This document shows positions 1 to 9,362 of a stretch of 40,251 nucleotides of DNA, in pieces. Position 1 is the first letter of the stretch. The number at the start of each line of letters is the position of its first letter. Source of the DNA: Candidatus Methanophagales archaeon ANME-1-THS. GTDB lineage: Archaea > Halobacteriota > Syntropharchaeia > Alkanophagales > Methanospirareceae. The notes under the pieces were generated by a model, which ran no database searches, was not told the origin of the DNA, and was given only the letters and a program-made list of their open reading frames with translations. The stretch spans positions 1 to 40,251 of the forward strand of contig RXIE01000129.1 in NCBI GenBank assembly GCA_004212135.1, given 5' to 3'. The position numbers and the translations under genes were made by a program.

Positions 1-1
1 G

Positions 2-3000
2 ACAGGATACACGTTCTGGGTCTAACGTAATTTCTATATTTGGATCTCTTGGTGGAACGGGGTGTGTTGTCTCATGAGCTTTTATAATTGGTTCGATGTT
101 GCCGAGCGAACGCACCATTCGATCAAGTTCCGCGTCCAGGTCACTAACATGCGATGAGAATTGCGAGGTGGGATGGACAACTAAAGCATTCTCTCTTTCT
201 ATGAGATGAGATTCGATAGAATAATCGTGTAAACCAAAAGCACCTATTTTCACGCTATATACATATTCAATTTGACGCGCGGAGCTATTCTTAGCGAGGT
301 CTGGGTTGGCTCCTGGGTTCTCCGCCAGAAATTCTTTTACCTCTTCTAGTGCACCCATTATTTCTCCATATGAGAATATTTCGACTCCTGGAGAAACGCT
401 TCGCAGGTATTGTGCTACTTTTATGCTTAAACCTCTCTTGAGCATTTCAGGCGTAATGTTTTCAGTCCTCTCACCCAGATCCGCTAAATATAGCTCCGCA
501 GCTTCTTCGCTTAAACTTACCAATACCGCTACTTTCGGTTTAGAGCAGGTGCGTGAACCGTCCGAGAGTCGAAGTGGCCATTTGTTTTCGTCCAACAATA
601 ATGTCGCTGAAGCTGAAAATCCTGACGTGCTCGCCTTGTTACGTGAACTAATCCCAAGCCATTCAGGGTCTATTTCGCCTAAGTATTCCAAAATTAGGTT
701 TTGCTGCACTACCTCTCCACATTTTAGATTGACCAGTATCAGGGGAATGGTGTACAAACGCCCATTCTTACTCGCACATTCACCGGTTAGGAAGTACGTT
801 CCCGGGGAAGCGTTGAGAGAATAAGAGCCATGGTCTCCGGTTATCTCTTTTTCCAAAATTTCCATAGTATAGAAGTCGATCAGTCTTATTCGACTCAGCA
901 AGAAGGCAGAGGTGTCATTATCGCTCTCATGTCGCCAGTAAACTCCGCTGATTGTTGCTTGCTTTCTGCAGACATCGAATGTCTCGATATCCTCAGCGAT
1001 CAAATCTCCGTCGTCGCTGTACAAATTACTCCTTACCACGTATATTCCTTCCTTCCAGTTGTTATCCACTGTTTCCTCAAGTGCTATGAAGTAATCAGAT
1101 TTAATGGGGATGTATTCCCTGCCGCTTGCTCTTGCCGAACGCATGGGGAGATAAACTCGCTCGCCACGTGGATTTTCCAGCGAGAGGATGAGGGTACCAT
1201 TCTCAGTTGCATTGCCTGTGAGCATGTGTTCTATCACTATCGTTTGATTGTCCGCGAAAGTCTCGCGATTGATATAGATCTTCACTGAAGTTTGATTACT
1301 ATAATACATTTTATCGGTTGAGAGTGAAAGTGGCGAAACGGAGTTTGCTTCGGTTAGCGTGCCAACGAGCATATAGGTTCCCGGATTAAACGAGTTGTTG
1401 AACTCCAGGATTGCTGGAAGCCTCCCGTAGTAGTTTGTCCGTAAATAATAAGTGTTAATTGGCTTCTCTTCACCGCTCCAATCTGGATAATATCGCTTCT
1501 TGCCATCTGGAGTTAAGAGATAGATATATACATTGTAATCGCTTTCATTCATGATTCCATCTATTTTAACAAGAGGTATCATGCTCCCATGTTCAGAAAT
1601 TGCTTTATCAAAAGTGAAAACTCTTATCTGCGGGAAGCTGAAGGGGAGCGCTGGAATGAGGGAAACATTTTTCACTTCCCAGTCCTTCGCTCCACCGGTT
1701 TCCGCGTTCTTCGAGATAAATGAAATAATATTCTCAGCATCCTCAGTGATATGAGCATAAGAAATGGGAATTTCATAGGTTTGATATGAAAGCGAGGGCT
1801 GGAACGAATAAATCAAGGCGCTGGGTAGGTTTCCATAGCTTCGCATTCCATCCCTATAGTATCCATTCACGTAAATATCGATGGTAACCTCTCCTTTTGC
1901 CTCAAATTTCAATGTGTAATCCACCGCTCGCCCATAGAATGAGAAAGCAGCATCATCAATGAATCGAGGCGAGGTACGCGTTCCAGCAGCATCAACCTCT
2001 CCTAGGGTGAGGGGGATTATTTCAAATTCTACCTCCCCCTTTCCCCGCCGACCATAGTAATCCTCGCCATTCACAATTATCCTATGGCTCCCGAGGAGCA
2101 AGCGATTGATCACTTTTGTTCCCGGGGTTGCAAAGGGAGCTACACTAATAATTTCAGGTTCGTTTTGATCCAGGACATACGAGGCTCTTCGTAGCGGTAA
2201 GGGGGATATGAAGGAAAGAACCAGACCTCTTTCAGAGTAGAACTTATTCTCCTCTGGATTTGTTATCAAGATCTTAAAAACAGGCTCTATGACTTCTTCA
2301 AGGGGCTCCTCCTCTATAATATAACCCTCGCCATCGCCCCCACCACCAACCCATGCTGCGGGAGGAATGCTCACTGTGAAGTTAACTGTGGACGAATTGA
2401 TGTTGCCCGGGGTATCATTCACATAAACCTTTAGATGATAATCGCCATTTGTTAATCCACTAATCGTCGTGTTCGGGGTGAACGATACATTTGCTCCTGA
2501 ATTGAGGCTGTACCACCATCGGTAAACATCGGGATCTGGAGAATATACTTCGAGGTAGACATAGGGAGCAGTATATCTTCCACCCTCAACTGGAGAGACT
2601 ACGTAGATCGCAGGAGGAGTGTAATCGGGGGCAACATTAGTGAGCGGTAAATAATCGCCACCATTCCTTATTTCCCCACTGGAATTATATGGAATCTCGG
2701 TATCTCCTAATCCATCACCTCCAGTTGTATCCATTCCAGTATAATCCTGCCAGTAATTTCCACCCAGGTAAGGTCCATTGATGATGTTTGTGCCCGGTGT
2801 TTTTGAGATATTCCAGTTATTATATCCATAGTCATAAGCATTTATGGTATTGTTGAAGTAGTTGTTGTAAATGGTATTGTTATTCGAGGAAGAGAGATAT
2901 ATCCCATACTTTTGCCTCGTCCCCGTACCTGTGATGTTGTTGGTACAGATGATGTTGTTGTTTGACTCGTAAAAGTATAAACCAACTGGAGTTATTGAAT

Positions 3001-5596
3001 ATATACCTGTTCTGGTAGAGTCTCCATTATTTCTTAACCCTGATTTATTTATACTGTTGTTATGTGAATAATCAAAAGAGATTCCTCTGATTTCATTATC
3101 ATTAATTTCACAATTGATGATCTTACTTGAATTTGTTTTTGAATTTATAACTGTAATATTCGTTGAATTGTAGACCGCTATACCCGATAGAGCATTGTAT
3201 GCTGAAAAAGTAGAAATCGAAGAATCTTTCGTGTTATACAGGAGAACACCATGCGAGTTCGCGTTAAATCCGAAGCCTTCAAGTGTGATGTTACTGCAAT
3301 TGATGCACGCGAAAAAGTCTGCATTAGGCAATGTTGTTGAATTGAATATCTTATTAGATTCATTCTTTAAGTAATAAATCTTAAGCCCATTAACCGTATT
3401 CGATGTATCAATATCCAGGTCAAAGTCATCATCAGTAACTCCTCCCCAGTGGCCTTCATAATTTCCTGGATCAATGTAGAAATTGTATGTATTGCTTGAT
3501 ATTGTATTATTCCTCAGCGTTAGATTAGTTGAATATGCATCAGCTGATGATGACCATATTTCTATACCAGTGTATTTATATTTCACTGTATTATTGGATA
3601 TTATTAAGTTGCTTGCATGATTGATTTTGATGCCAGCATCATCCTTTTGTATTGGCGTTATTCCAGAAATTCTGTTGTTCATGATTTGGTTGTTATCAGA
3701 ATCAACCCTTATACCTCCATAACCCAACAGTTCATTTCCAGAGATGATGTTTTGCTCAGCATAATTATCTATCATCACCATCGGCATAGAATCACTTATA
3801 TTTTTCAGAAATGTATTGTTCTCAATTCGGTTACCAATCGCATGTTTATAGCTCAGCCCTTCAATAGCAATATATTTTTTACTATACCCGCCTTCTATAA
3901 AAATGTTAGAAGTGATAGTGTTATATTTAGATCCTTCCAGCTCAAGATAAGAAGATATGAATGTGTTATTCGCGATAAGATTTCTGTCAGAACTAGATAT
4001 TATATAGCCCTTTACAATAAATACACCACTTTGGTTGAATATATTGTTCCTTATTATATTGTCAGTTGATTCATGATCCGTAATCTGTGTGCAATCCCCA
4101 AGCCCGGAAACAAGGTAGGTTGTATATCCAACTTTTATTCCTGATTCAGGAATCGAGCCTATGGGGCATGGGCCAGAATAGCCGGAATTATTGATGTAGA
4201 ATCCTTGAATAATATTGCCATTAGATTTAAGAGTGAACCCACTGCCTGTTCGATTTGCATTCACCACGGGGTTCTCAACTCCCGTGATGTTCAGGCTCTT
4301 ATCCACAATGACATTCTCAACATAGGTGCCATTGCACACGATAATCGTGTCGCCATCCATCGAGGCATTCACGGCGTCCTGTATTATGGTGAAATTGGCG
4401 CCGGGGCACTGCACTTTATCGTCATCGACAATCCATATCACAGGATTTCGTATGGTGGTGAAGTCTCCAATCGAATTGTTTGAATACAGACTCGTGTTAT
4501 CCACCCGATAGGAGAAAACAGAGTAGTAATAAGTGGTATTGGCGAGCAAGCCAGAGAGCGTTATAGAAGGAAGTTGGGTATTATTATCCCATTCGGACCA
4601 TGACGCTGAGGAGAGATCGGGATTGAGACTATAGAGGATCCGGTTATCCGCTAAAACATTTGTCTGCCAGCTTATTGTTATGCTCGCATTGGTTACATCG
4701 CTCTCCTGAACGTTGCTGATCGAAGGTGGGAAAGGAGTTTCGAAAAGCATTGGGTAGTAATCATATGAAGATATCGAACAGCCCTCACCTCCATATATAT
4801 CTGATTCCGATAAAATATGATAAGGTTCATCTCCGATACCATCCCCATTTGAATCATCTCCCGTGTAATCATCCCAGTAGTTACCCGTATAGTTATTGTA
4901 AACCATCCCTCGGTAGATATATTCTCTTATTTCAGTAGAATTCCATTGATTCACACCGCATTCAATAGCATTGTGGGAATTAGCCCCAAAGCGATTCAGA
5001 TAAATCAAGTTGTTGTAACACCTTGAAATCATAATACCAGTATTTCCATTTGCAATTGTATTATTGATGATTGTGTTGTTAGATGAAGAATCAAATATGT
5101 AGATCCCATCTACAATATTTGTTATCGTGTTGTTTTCTATGCGGCTGAAATTTGCAGATTCAAGCTGGATGCCACCATAAGTATTAAAGATAATGTTATT
5201 TGAGACGGTTGTGTAGTTTGAATATTCAACATCTATACCATCTCCATCAGAATTTCCACCTTTAATCGTGAATCCAGTTATGTTCACATAATCCGCATGG
5301 ACCTTAATAACATCCTCGTTGATATCGAGAGCTTGAATTATGCAGTTTGAGGAGCCATTCTCAGATCTCAGCGTGAGACTCTTAGTTATCAGAATATTCT
5401 CGCTATACGTTCCATCACGTACGATAATAGTATCTCCCCCACCTGCTGCAGATATCGCAGTCTGGATATCCGAGTAATCATCAGGCACGTAGATCTCTGC
5501 AGCGGTGCATATCCCAATACCCGCGGATAAACCAATAAAGAGGAGCAGGCTGCAGGTAAGTACAATCTGTCCTTCCACGCTTTTTATGGGATACAT
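2..5596 (-). CDS. Large secreted/cell-surface protein (>1860 aa, 3' end outside window): signal peptide, two NosD/CASH-like parallel beta-helix blocks, FN3-like and Ig-like domains, uncharacterised C-terminal half
   Basis: Manual translation from ATG 5596: MYPIKSVEGQIVLTCSLLLFIGLSAGIGICTAAEIYVPDDYSDIQTAISAAGGGDTIIVRDGTYSENI. Beta-helix cap motifs GNYWDDYTGDDSNGDGIGDEPY (~4880-4820) and GGNYWQDYTGMDTTGGDGLGDTEIPY (~2765-2690). The same frame is still open at the left edge (...PPRDPNIEITLDPERVSC). Absence from the ORF track is consistent with no in-window stop. Confidence 0.9.
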   Translation of the reverse strand, partial: MYPIKSVEGQIVLTCSLLLFIGLSAGIGICTAAEIYVPDDYSDIQTAISAAGGGDTIIVRDGTYSENILITKSLTLRSENGSSNCIIQALDINEDVIKVHADYVNITGFTIKGGNSDGDGIDVEYSNYTTVSNNIIFNTYGGIQLESANFSRIENNTITNIVDGIYIFDSSSNNTIINNTIANGNTGIMISRCYNNLIYLNRFGANSHNAIECGVNQWNSTEIREYIYRGMVYNNYTGNYWDDYTGDDSNGDGIGDEPYHILSESDIYGGEGCSISSYDYYPMLFETPFPPSISNVQESDVTNASITISWQTNVLADNRILYSLNPDLSSASWSEWDNNTQLPSITLSGLLANTTYYYSVFSYRVDNTSLYSNNSIGDFTTIRNPVIWIVDDDKVQCPGANFTIIQDAVNASMDGDTIIVCNGTYVENVIVDKSLNITGVENPVVNANRTGSGFTLKSNGNIIQGFYINNSGYSGPCPIGSIPESGIKVGYTTYLVSGLGDCTQITDHESTDNIIRNNIFNQSGVFIVKGYIISSSDRNLIANNTFISSYLELEGSKYNTITSNIFIEGGYSKKYIAIEGLSYKHAIGNRIENNTFLKNISDSMPMVMIDNYAEQNIISGNELLGYGGIRVDSDNNQIMNNRISGITPIQKDDAGIKINHASNLIISNNTVKYKYTGIEIWSSSADAYSTNLTLRNNTISSNTYNFYIDPGNYEGHWGGVTDDDFDLDIDTSNTVNGLKIYYLKNESNKIFNSTTLPNADFFACINCSNITLEGFGFNANSHGVLLYNTKDSSISTFSAYNALSGIAVYNSTNITVINSKTNSSKIINCEINDNEIRGISFDYSHNNSINKSGLRNNGDSTRTGIYSITPVGLYFYESNNNIICTNNITGTGTRQKYGIYLSSSNNNTIYNNYFNNTINAYDYGYNNWNISKTPGTNIINGPYLGGNYWQDYTGMDTTGGDGLGDTEIPYNSSGEIRNGGDYLPLTNVAPDYTPPAIYVVSPVEGGRYTAPYVYLEVYSPDPDVYRWWYSLNSGANVSFTPNTTISGLTNGDYHLKVYVNDTPGNINSSTVNFTVSIPPAAWVGGGGDGEGYIIEEEPLEEVIEPVFKILITNPEENKFYSERGLVLSFISPLPLRRASYVLDQNEPEIISVAPFATPGTKVINRLLLGSHRIIVNGEDYYGRRGKGEVEFEIIPLTLGEVDAAGTRTSPRFIDDAAFSFYGRAVDYTLKFEAKGEVTIDIYVNGYYRDGMRSYGNLPSALIYSFQPSLSYQTYEIPISYAHITEDAENIISFISKNAETGGAKDWEVKNVSLIPALPFSFPQIRVFTFDKAISEHGSMIPLVKIDGIMNESDYNVYIYLLTPDGKKRYYPDWSGEEKPINTYYLRTNYYGRLPAILEFNNSFNPGTYMLVGTLTEANSVSPLSLSTDKMYYSNQTSVKIYINRETFADNQTIVIEHMLTGNATENGTLILSLENPRGERVYLPMRSARASGREYIPIKSDYFIALEETVDNNWKEGIYVVRSNLYSDDGDLIAEDIETFDVCRKQATISGVYWRHESDNDTSAFLLSRIRLIDFYTMEILEKEITGDHGSYSLNASPGTYFLTGECASKNGRLYTIPLILVNLKCGEVVQQNLILEYLGEIDPEWLGISSRNKASTSGFSASATLLLDENKWPLRLSDGSRTCSKPKVAVLVSLSEEAAELYLADLGERTENITPEMLKRGLSIKVAQYLRSVSPGVEIFSYGEIMGALEEVKEFLAENPGANPDLAKNSSARQIEYVYSVKIGAFGLHDYSIESHLIERENALVVHPTSQFSSHVSDLDAELDRMVRSLGNIEPIIKAHETTHPVPPRDPNIEITLDPERVSC

Positions 5597-6109
5597 GGTA
5601 TCCTGGATAACACTCGGTGCCAGATTACCCAACTATAGTTGGGTACTCCTCTATAAAAAAATTGAAGGACCTGGGTTAGGGACTTAAGGTAAGAACGAAA
5701 GGTCCTGCACCCTTCGACTTTTTATGATCGAAAAAGTTAAGACTAAACGGACGAGAGAAGAGATACTATAAATACTGGTACAAGATCGGCTTCATCCAAA
5801 AATAGGTAGAGCACTCCGCAGTTGATGGTATCTTCGTCTTGGTTTTGGTCGTGCAACCTCGCTAAAGAGAGCTCTTTTCTGCACTAATACCTTCTCAAAT
5901 CCGATTACCCCCGTAGGAGGTCGACTTTCGGGATGAAGCCTACAAAATCGAGACCATCCAAAAAAGGGAGAACGAGAACAAAAAACTGAGCTATTGATGA
6001 TTAAGGAAGGTGCTTTTTCACAAAAGAAAGGACAATTTTGGATTTTTGTTTTGATTCTGAAGAGGACGAAGCGAACATTTTGAGCGCCCGGTGCCAAAAA
6101 AGCGATACC

Positions 6110-7100
6110 ACCCTCTAGTGCTGCTCACCAATTTTTTGGCTATGTTCTTCTTCTCGTTACTTCAAGATGCCAACGAACAGATCCACCACTTCTCGTTACT
6201 GAAATAGGCGAGGATATTGTGTGCACAGAAATAGAGCTTCATGCCCTTTTCTTTCGCTTTCCGATAGTAACACTTGAGCGACCGTTTCTCCGCGTTCCCG
6301 AATGGTCTTTCTCACAGCTTTCTCCGTCCGTATCTCTCCTTATTCATGGCGTATTTCTCCATATACGCGCGTCTCAGCGCACCCCGAGCTTCTACTCCCT
6401 TCGGCTTTATCAGGATCTCCAGCTTTCGCGCTTCAGCATCGCGGTAATTTGCCCTGTCATCCAGGCGTTCCAACGCCTTACCCAGCCATTCCTCCGGTAT
6501 CTGGCTGTAAACGTAGTGCAGCTCCGAATCACACGGTGTAGAACCATCCACCATGCAATACTCCGTGTCCCGCAATTTCCGTTCCAAATCACTGAACGGC
6601 AAGACGCCCTTGCAGAGGAGGACTGCTATCATCAGCTTCCAGTCATACGTCCTGGGCCTTCCCCGGGATTTGGAAGGCATGGGCATTCCTATTTCATCAA
6701 TAATCTCCTCAGCAATCCCGAGCATCTCCGTGAATGAGGGTTGAGCGTCCTGCACCTGTCCCCTGAAGGGTCTATAGGTCCTTATACCCCACGGGCGCTC
6801 TTTTTCACTTCGCAAAGGGTTTCGTTCCTCGACGTACGTCCGCTGCACTACTTCGGCAAATGCACCATCCACCAATCCTGCAATTATCGCTTCTTCTGAC
6901 GTTTGTACCTCAAAGAGGGCAAAGAACTCGCTGGGGATCATGATCGAGGGGATGTCCTGTCTGCATAAAGAAAACAACTGCTGTTCTCTCACCATTCCCC
7001 TGTAAAACCAGGTGCAAAGCGATTTTTCACTATAAAGGCAAGATCGCACGTTCTCAATGAATTTGCATTCCATCAAAGGAATATATTGTCAATAAAACTT
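6110..7100 (-). mobile_element. Degraded insertion sequence (IS4/IS5-like DDE type); boundaries approximate
   Basis: Contains the transposase pseudogene below. Lies in a non-coding gap between the surface-protein gene and the housekeeping block. No convincing terminal inverted repeats found by eye. Confidence 0.6.
6162..6995 (-). pseudogene. Transposase pseudogene (IS4/IS5-like), internal deletion plus in-frame stop
   Basis: N-terminal KSRGRPRTY...TPCDSELHY helix-turn-helix region typical of DDE transposases. C-terminal Y-x2-R-x3-E signature YGRRKL*ERPFG is interrupted by TGA at 6312-6314 and continues in frame (NAEKRSLKCYYRK...FCAHNILAYF). The segment carrying the first two catalytic Asp appears missing between LERLDDR and ANYRD. 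Likely start ATG 6995 after AGGGGA. Confidence 0.75.
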
Positions 7101-7203
7101 CACACCTCTGTTGGAATCCAGAATACGCCGTTGTCTTCCACCAGTTAATCGCGAGCCGCTGTCTCTTAACTCATATCATATATTTTTGGGATGGTCTCTG
7201 CAA

Positions 7204-7222
7204 AATCGAAAGATTTTTAATA
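7204..7222 (+). promoter_or_regulatory. Archaeal BRE/TATA promoter
   Basis: aatCGAAAGaTTTTTAATAA about 40 bp upstream of ATG 7260; same CGAAAG-TTTTTAA pattern as upstream of fqoJ. Confidence 0.5.
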
Positions 7223-7259
7223 ACTCACCGGATAGTACTGCATACAGAGTGTCAGTCTA

Positions 7260-7616
7260 ATGTTTGAGGAAAAAAAAGGAGAGGTGGAAGTCTCAGAAGC
7301 ATTTTTGAAGACAATAGATACCTTTTACAAGGAACGGGACGCGATTTTTAACGAGTTTGATGCGATACGTGCGAAGTATTCAAAGGGCGAGACTATTATA
7401 GATGCGTTACGCGAGTTTCGACTCAAGCGGGCGAGTATCTTCACGTTGATTGACGCGATCTTTCACAAAGAGGTGGAGCTTGAGGATAAGCTTGCCCGGG
7501 CAGATATAGCGAAAGAAAAGAGAGAGAAGCTCCAGGAATTTAAGGATCGGTTTGCAGATCTCGCAGAAGAGATCGATTTATATGTGCTGAAAGAAATCGG
7601 CGTTGACCAACGGTAA
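7260..7616 (+). CDS. Hypothetical helical, charged protein (118 aa)
   Basis: ORF with protein-like E/K-rich helical composition, upstream TATA, converging on coaE. Confidence 0.8.
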   Translation: MFEEKKGEVEVSEAFLKTIDTFYKERDAIFNEFDAIRAKYSKGETIIDALREFRLKRASIFTLIDAIFHKEVELEDKLARADIAKEKREKLQEFKDRFADLAEEIDLYVLKEIGVDQR

Positions 7617-7620
7617 CCGA

Positions 7621-8235
7621 TCACGTGCTTTGGTAGGAAGAGAGTGTTGCAAAGAGCGCTCGTACCTGGTTCTCAGTCTCCTCCCGTGTGCCTTCATTAC
7701 TGATCACAAAATCAGCGAATCGCAGCTTCTCCTCCAGGGGCAGTTGCAAGGCAATCATCTTTTTAGCTTCATCTCTCGGTATCCCGTCCCGTTCCATCAA
7801 TCTCTGTATCTGCGTCTCTTCGCTGACATGAACCACAATGACCGCATCGAACTCCTCATGAGCGCCTGTCTCTATGAGCAGCGGGACATCAATAACCACG
7901 AGCGCATCAGGCGCTAATTTTAACTTCTTGAGCGCGTCGATCCGCTCGTTGCACTTCCTTTTTACCTCTGGATGGATGATCCTCTCCAAGACCTTCCGTT
8001 TCTGAGCGTCATTGAAGACGATATCCCGCAATTTCTTCCGGTCTATCACTAAATCGTTCCTCAGGATATCCGTGCCGAAGAAATGGACGATCTCCCACCA
8101 CGCCTTCGAACAGGGTATAACCGCCTCTCGGCTGAGCACATCGCAGTCTATTGTGTAAGCGCCAAGATTCATGAATTGGTGGAGCACAAGGCTTTTGCCG
8201 CTCGCTAATCCTCCGGTTATGCCCACGATTCGCAT
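7621..8235 (-). CDS. coaE: Dephospho-CoA kinase (bacterial CoaE type)
   Basis: VGITGGLASGKS P-loop, IDCD, DRKKL..IVF, IIHP, DVPLLIE, RLMERD, ADFVISN motifs. Confidence 0.93.
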   Translation of the reverse strand: MRIVGITGGLASGKSLVLHQFMNLGAYTIDCDVLSREAVIPCSKAWWEIVHFFGTDILRNDLVIDRKKLRDIVFNDAQKRKVLERIIHPEVKRKCNERIDALKKLKLAPDALVVIDVPLLIETGAHEEFDAVIVVHVSEETQIQRLMERDGIPRDEAKKMIALQLPLEEKLRFADFVISNEGTREETENQVRALFATLSSYQST

Positions 8236-8274
8236 CGCTCTTCAAGAAAGTAAAACTAATGCGCCAAGAAAAGG

Positions 8275-9285
8275 TTAAGAAAAATGTGCTAATAACCTTG
8301 CGACCGCATACGCAGGAAATGTCGCTGCGATCCTCTTCCCGTAGATGGAAGCAAGTGGCATAACCTGCATACCGAGGGAATCCGCAGCTTCGTGGACGAT
8401 GAAATCACCTATTCCTGCTGCAATTACCAGGTCCAATCCATACTTCTCCTTCATACTGTTTAACGACGCACGTAGCTCCTTTATTTGAGCACTTTTTACC
8501 TGTTCTGCAATGCGGATGGCGCCATCCTCGCCCAGTTCGTCGAGATCACTGCATACCACTCGTGAGAGTCTTCGGAGCGCACTCACTCTGCTCTTTTCAG
8601 CATGTTCGCGACCCGCAAATGCATACCTGTTCGGGCTCTCACAGCTATACTCATCCTCGGTCAGGTGGCCGAGAACGAGGTACGCGTCGGCCGTGATGGC
8701 GAACAGCTCTGAGGATATACCGCATTCTTCCCTCAGCACACCGAGCTTTACCTTCTTCAGCAGTGCGGCAATGTTGGTTCGCAGGATGCCGGAATAGATC
8801 AATTCGCCTGATTTGAGCCGTTCAAGATCCGTTCTCCGCGCCTTGAGCTCACCTCCAACGATTGGAATCACGTCCGTTGTCGTGCTGCCGATGTCAACGA
8901 ATATCGCATCCTTGTTTTGTACAGCGACGAATGTTGCCGATGCGAGCCAGTTGGTCGATGCGAACGAAAGTGGGTCTTTGTCTACCTCGGAGCTCTCTTT
9001 GAACATGCAATTCCGGTCGAAGAAGTGGGGGGCTTTAAAAGTGGTGGAGAGTGCGTTCTTTATGTATAAAACCCCTTCTCGTTTCGTCTCAAAGCAATCA
9101 CTGAGTTCCCCGGTCATCACAGCGCCAACAGCTTCTAGTTCTGTCCCGAATTGCTGGTTCGCCTCAGCAAGTACATCGTACAGTCGCTCCTTAGTTCTCC
9201 ATAATGGTGCATACCGCGAATCTACAAATCCATCTGAAGTGGCTATTTTGGTATTCGCACCCCCGACATCTATACCCACAAACAT
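8275..9285 (-). CDS. mfnF: Methanofuran biosynthesis protein MfnF (hydantoinase/oxoprolinase-like, H4MPT-linked C1 pathway protein)
   Basis: Start MFVGIDVGGANTK (ATG 9285); VMTGELSDCF..KREGV, ASTNW, FVDIGSTTTDVIPI, TDLERL..GEL.Y.G..RT, SSELFAITAD motifs. Confidence 0.82.
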   Translation of the reverse strand: MFVGIDVGGANTKIATSDGFVDSRYAPLWRTKERLYDVLAEANQQFGTELEAVGAVMTGELSDCFETKREGVLYIKNALSTTFKAPHFFDRNCMFKESSEVDKDPLSFASTNWLASATFVAVQNKDAIFVDIGSTTTDVIPIVGGELKARRTDLERLKSGELIYSGILRTNIAALLKKVKLGVLREECGISSELFAITADAYLVLGHLTEDEYSCESPNRYAFAGREHAEKSRVSALRRLSRVVCSDLDELGEDGAIRIAEQVKSAQIKELRASLNSMKEKYGLDLVIAAGIGDFIVHEAADSLGMQVMPLASIYGKRIAATFPAYAVARLLAHFS

Positions 9286-9362
9286 GCGATCACAACCAAA
9301 TTTAAAAAGAAAAGTTATTGAAAGAAATAGTATTGCTTTTGTGCCTGTTCTTCTCATGAACC

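Noticed and set aside
740-752. 13-bp match (CAGGGGAATGGTG) to the grpE/IS 22-mer; also the looser GGAATGGTTGTGAGAGAAC at 36713-36731
   Set aside because: Short or gapped, found post hoc, and both read as natural protein sequence (YTIPL; KEWL*). Not distinguishable from chance.
2640-5500. Diversity-generating retroelement acting on the surface protein
   Set aside because: No reverse transcriptase gene and no TR/VR pair with adenine-specific mismatches seen; the two beta-helix blocks are similar only at protein level.
306-5687. Plus-strand ORFs in the first 5.7 kb, and minus ORF 3178-3363
   Set aside because: Antisense or off-frame shadows of the long minus-strand surface-protein gene.
6312-6314. 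In-frame TGA in the transposase as possible selenocysteine or readthrough
   Set aside because: The gene is also internally deleted and the position is a variable one in the YxxRxxxE motif; simple nonsense mutation is more economical.
7132-7175. TGTCTTCCACCA (IS1634-like end) and CTGTCTCTTA (first 10 nt of the Tn5/Nextera mosaic end)
   Set aside because: Matches are too short and have no partner repeat; cannot call an IS end or adapter contamination.
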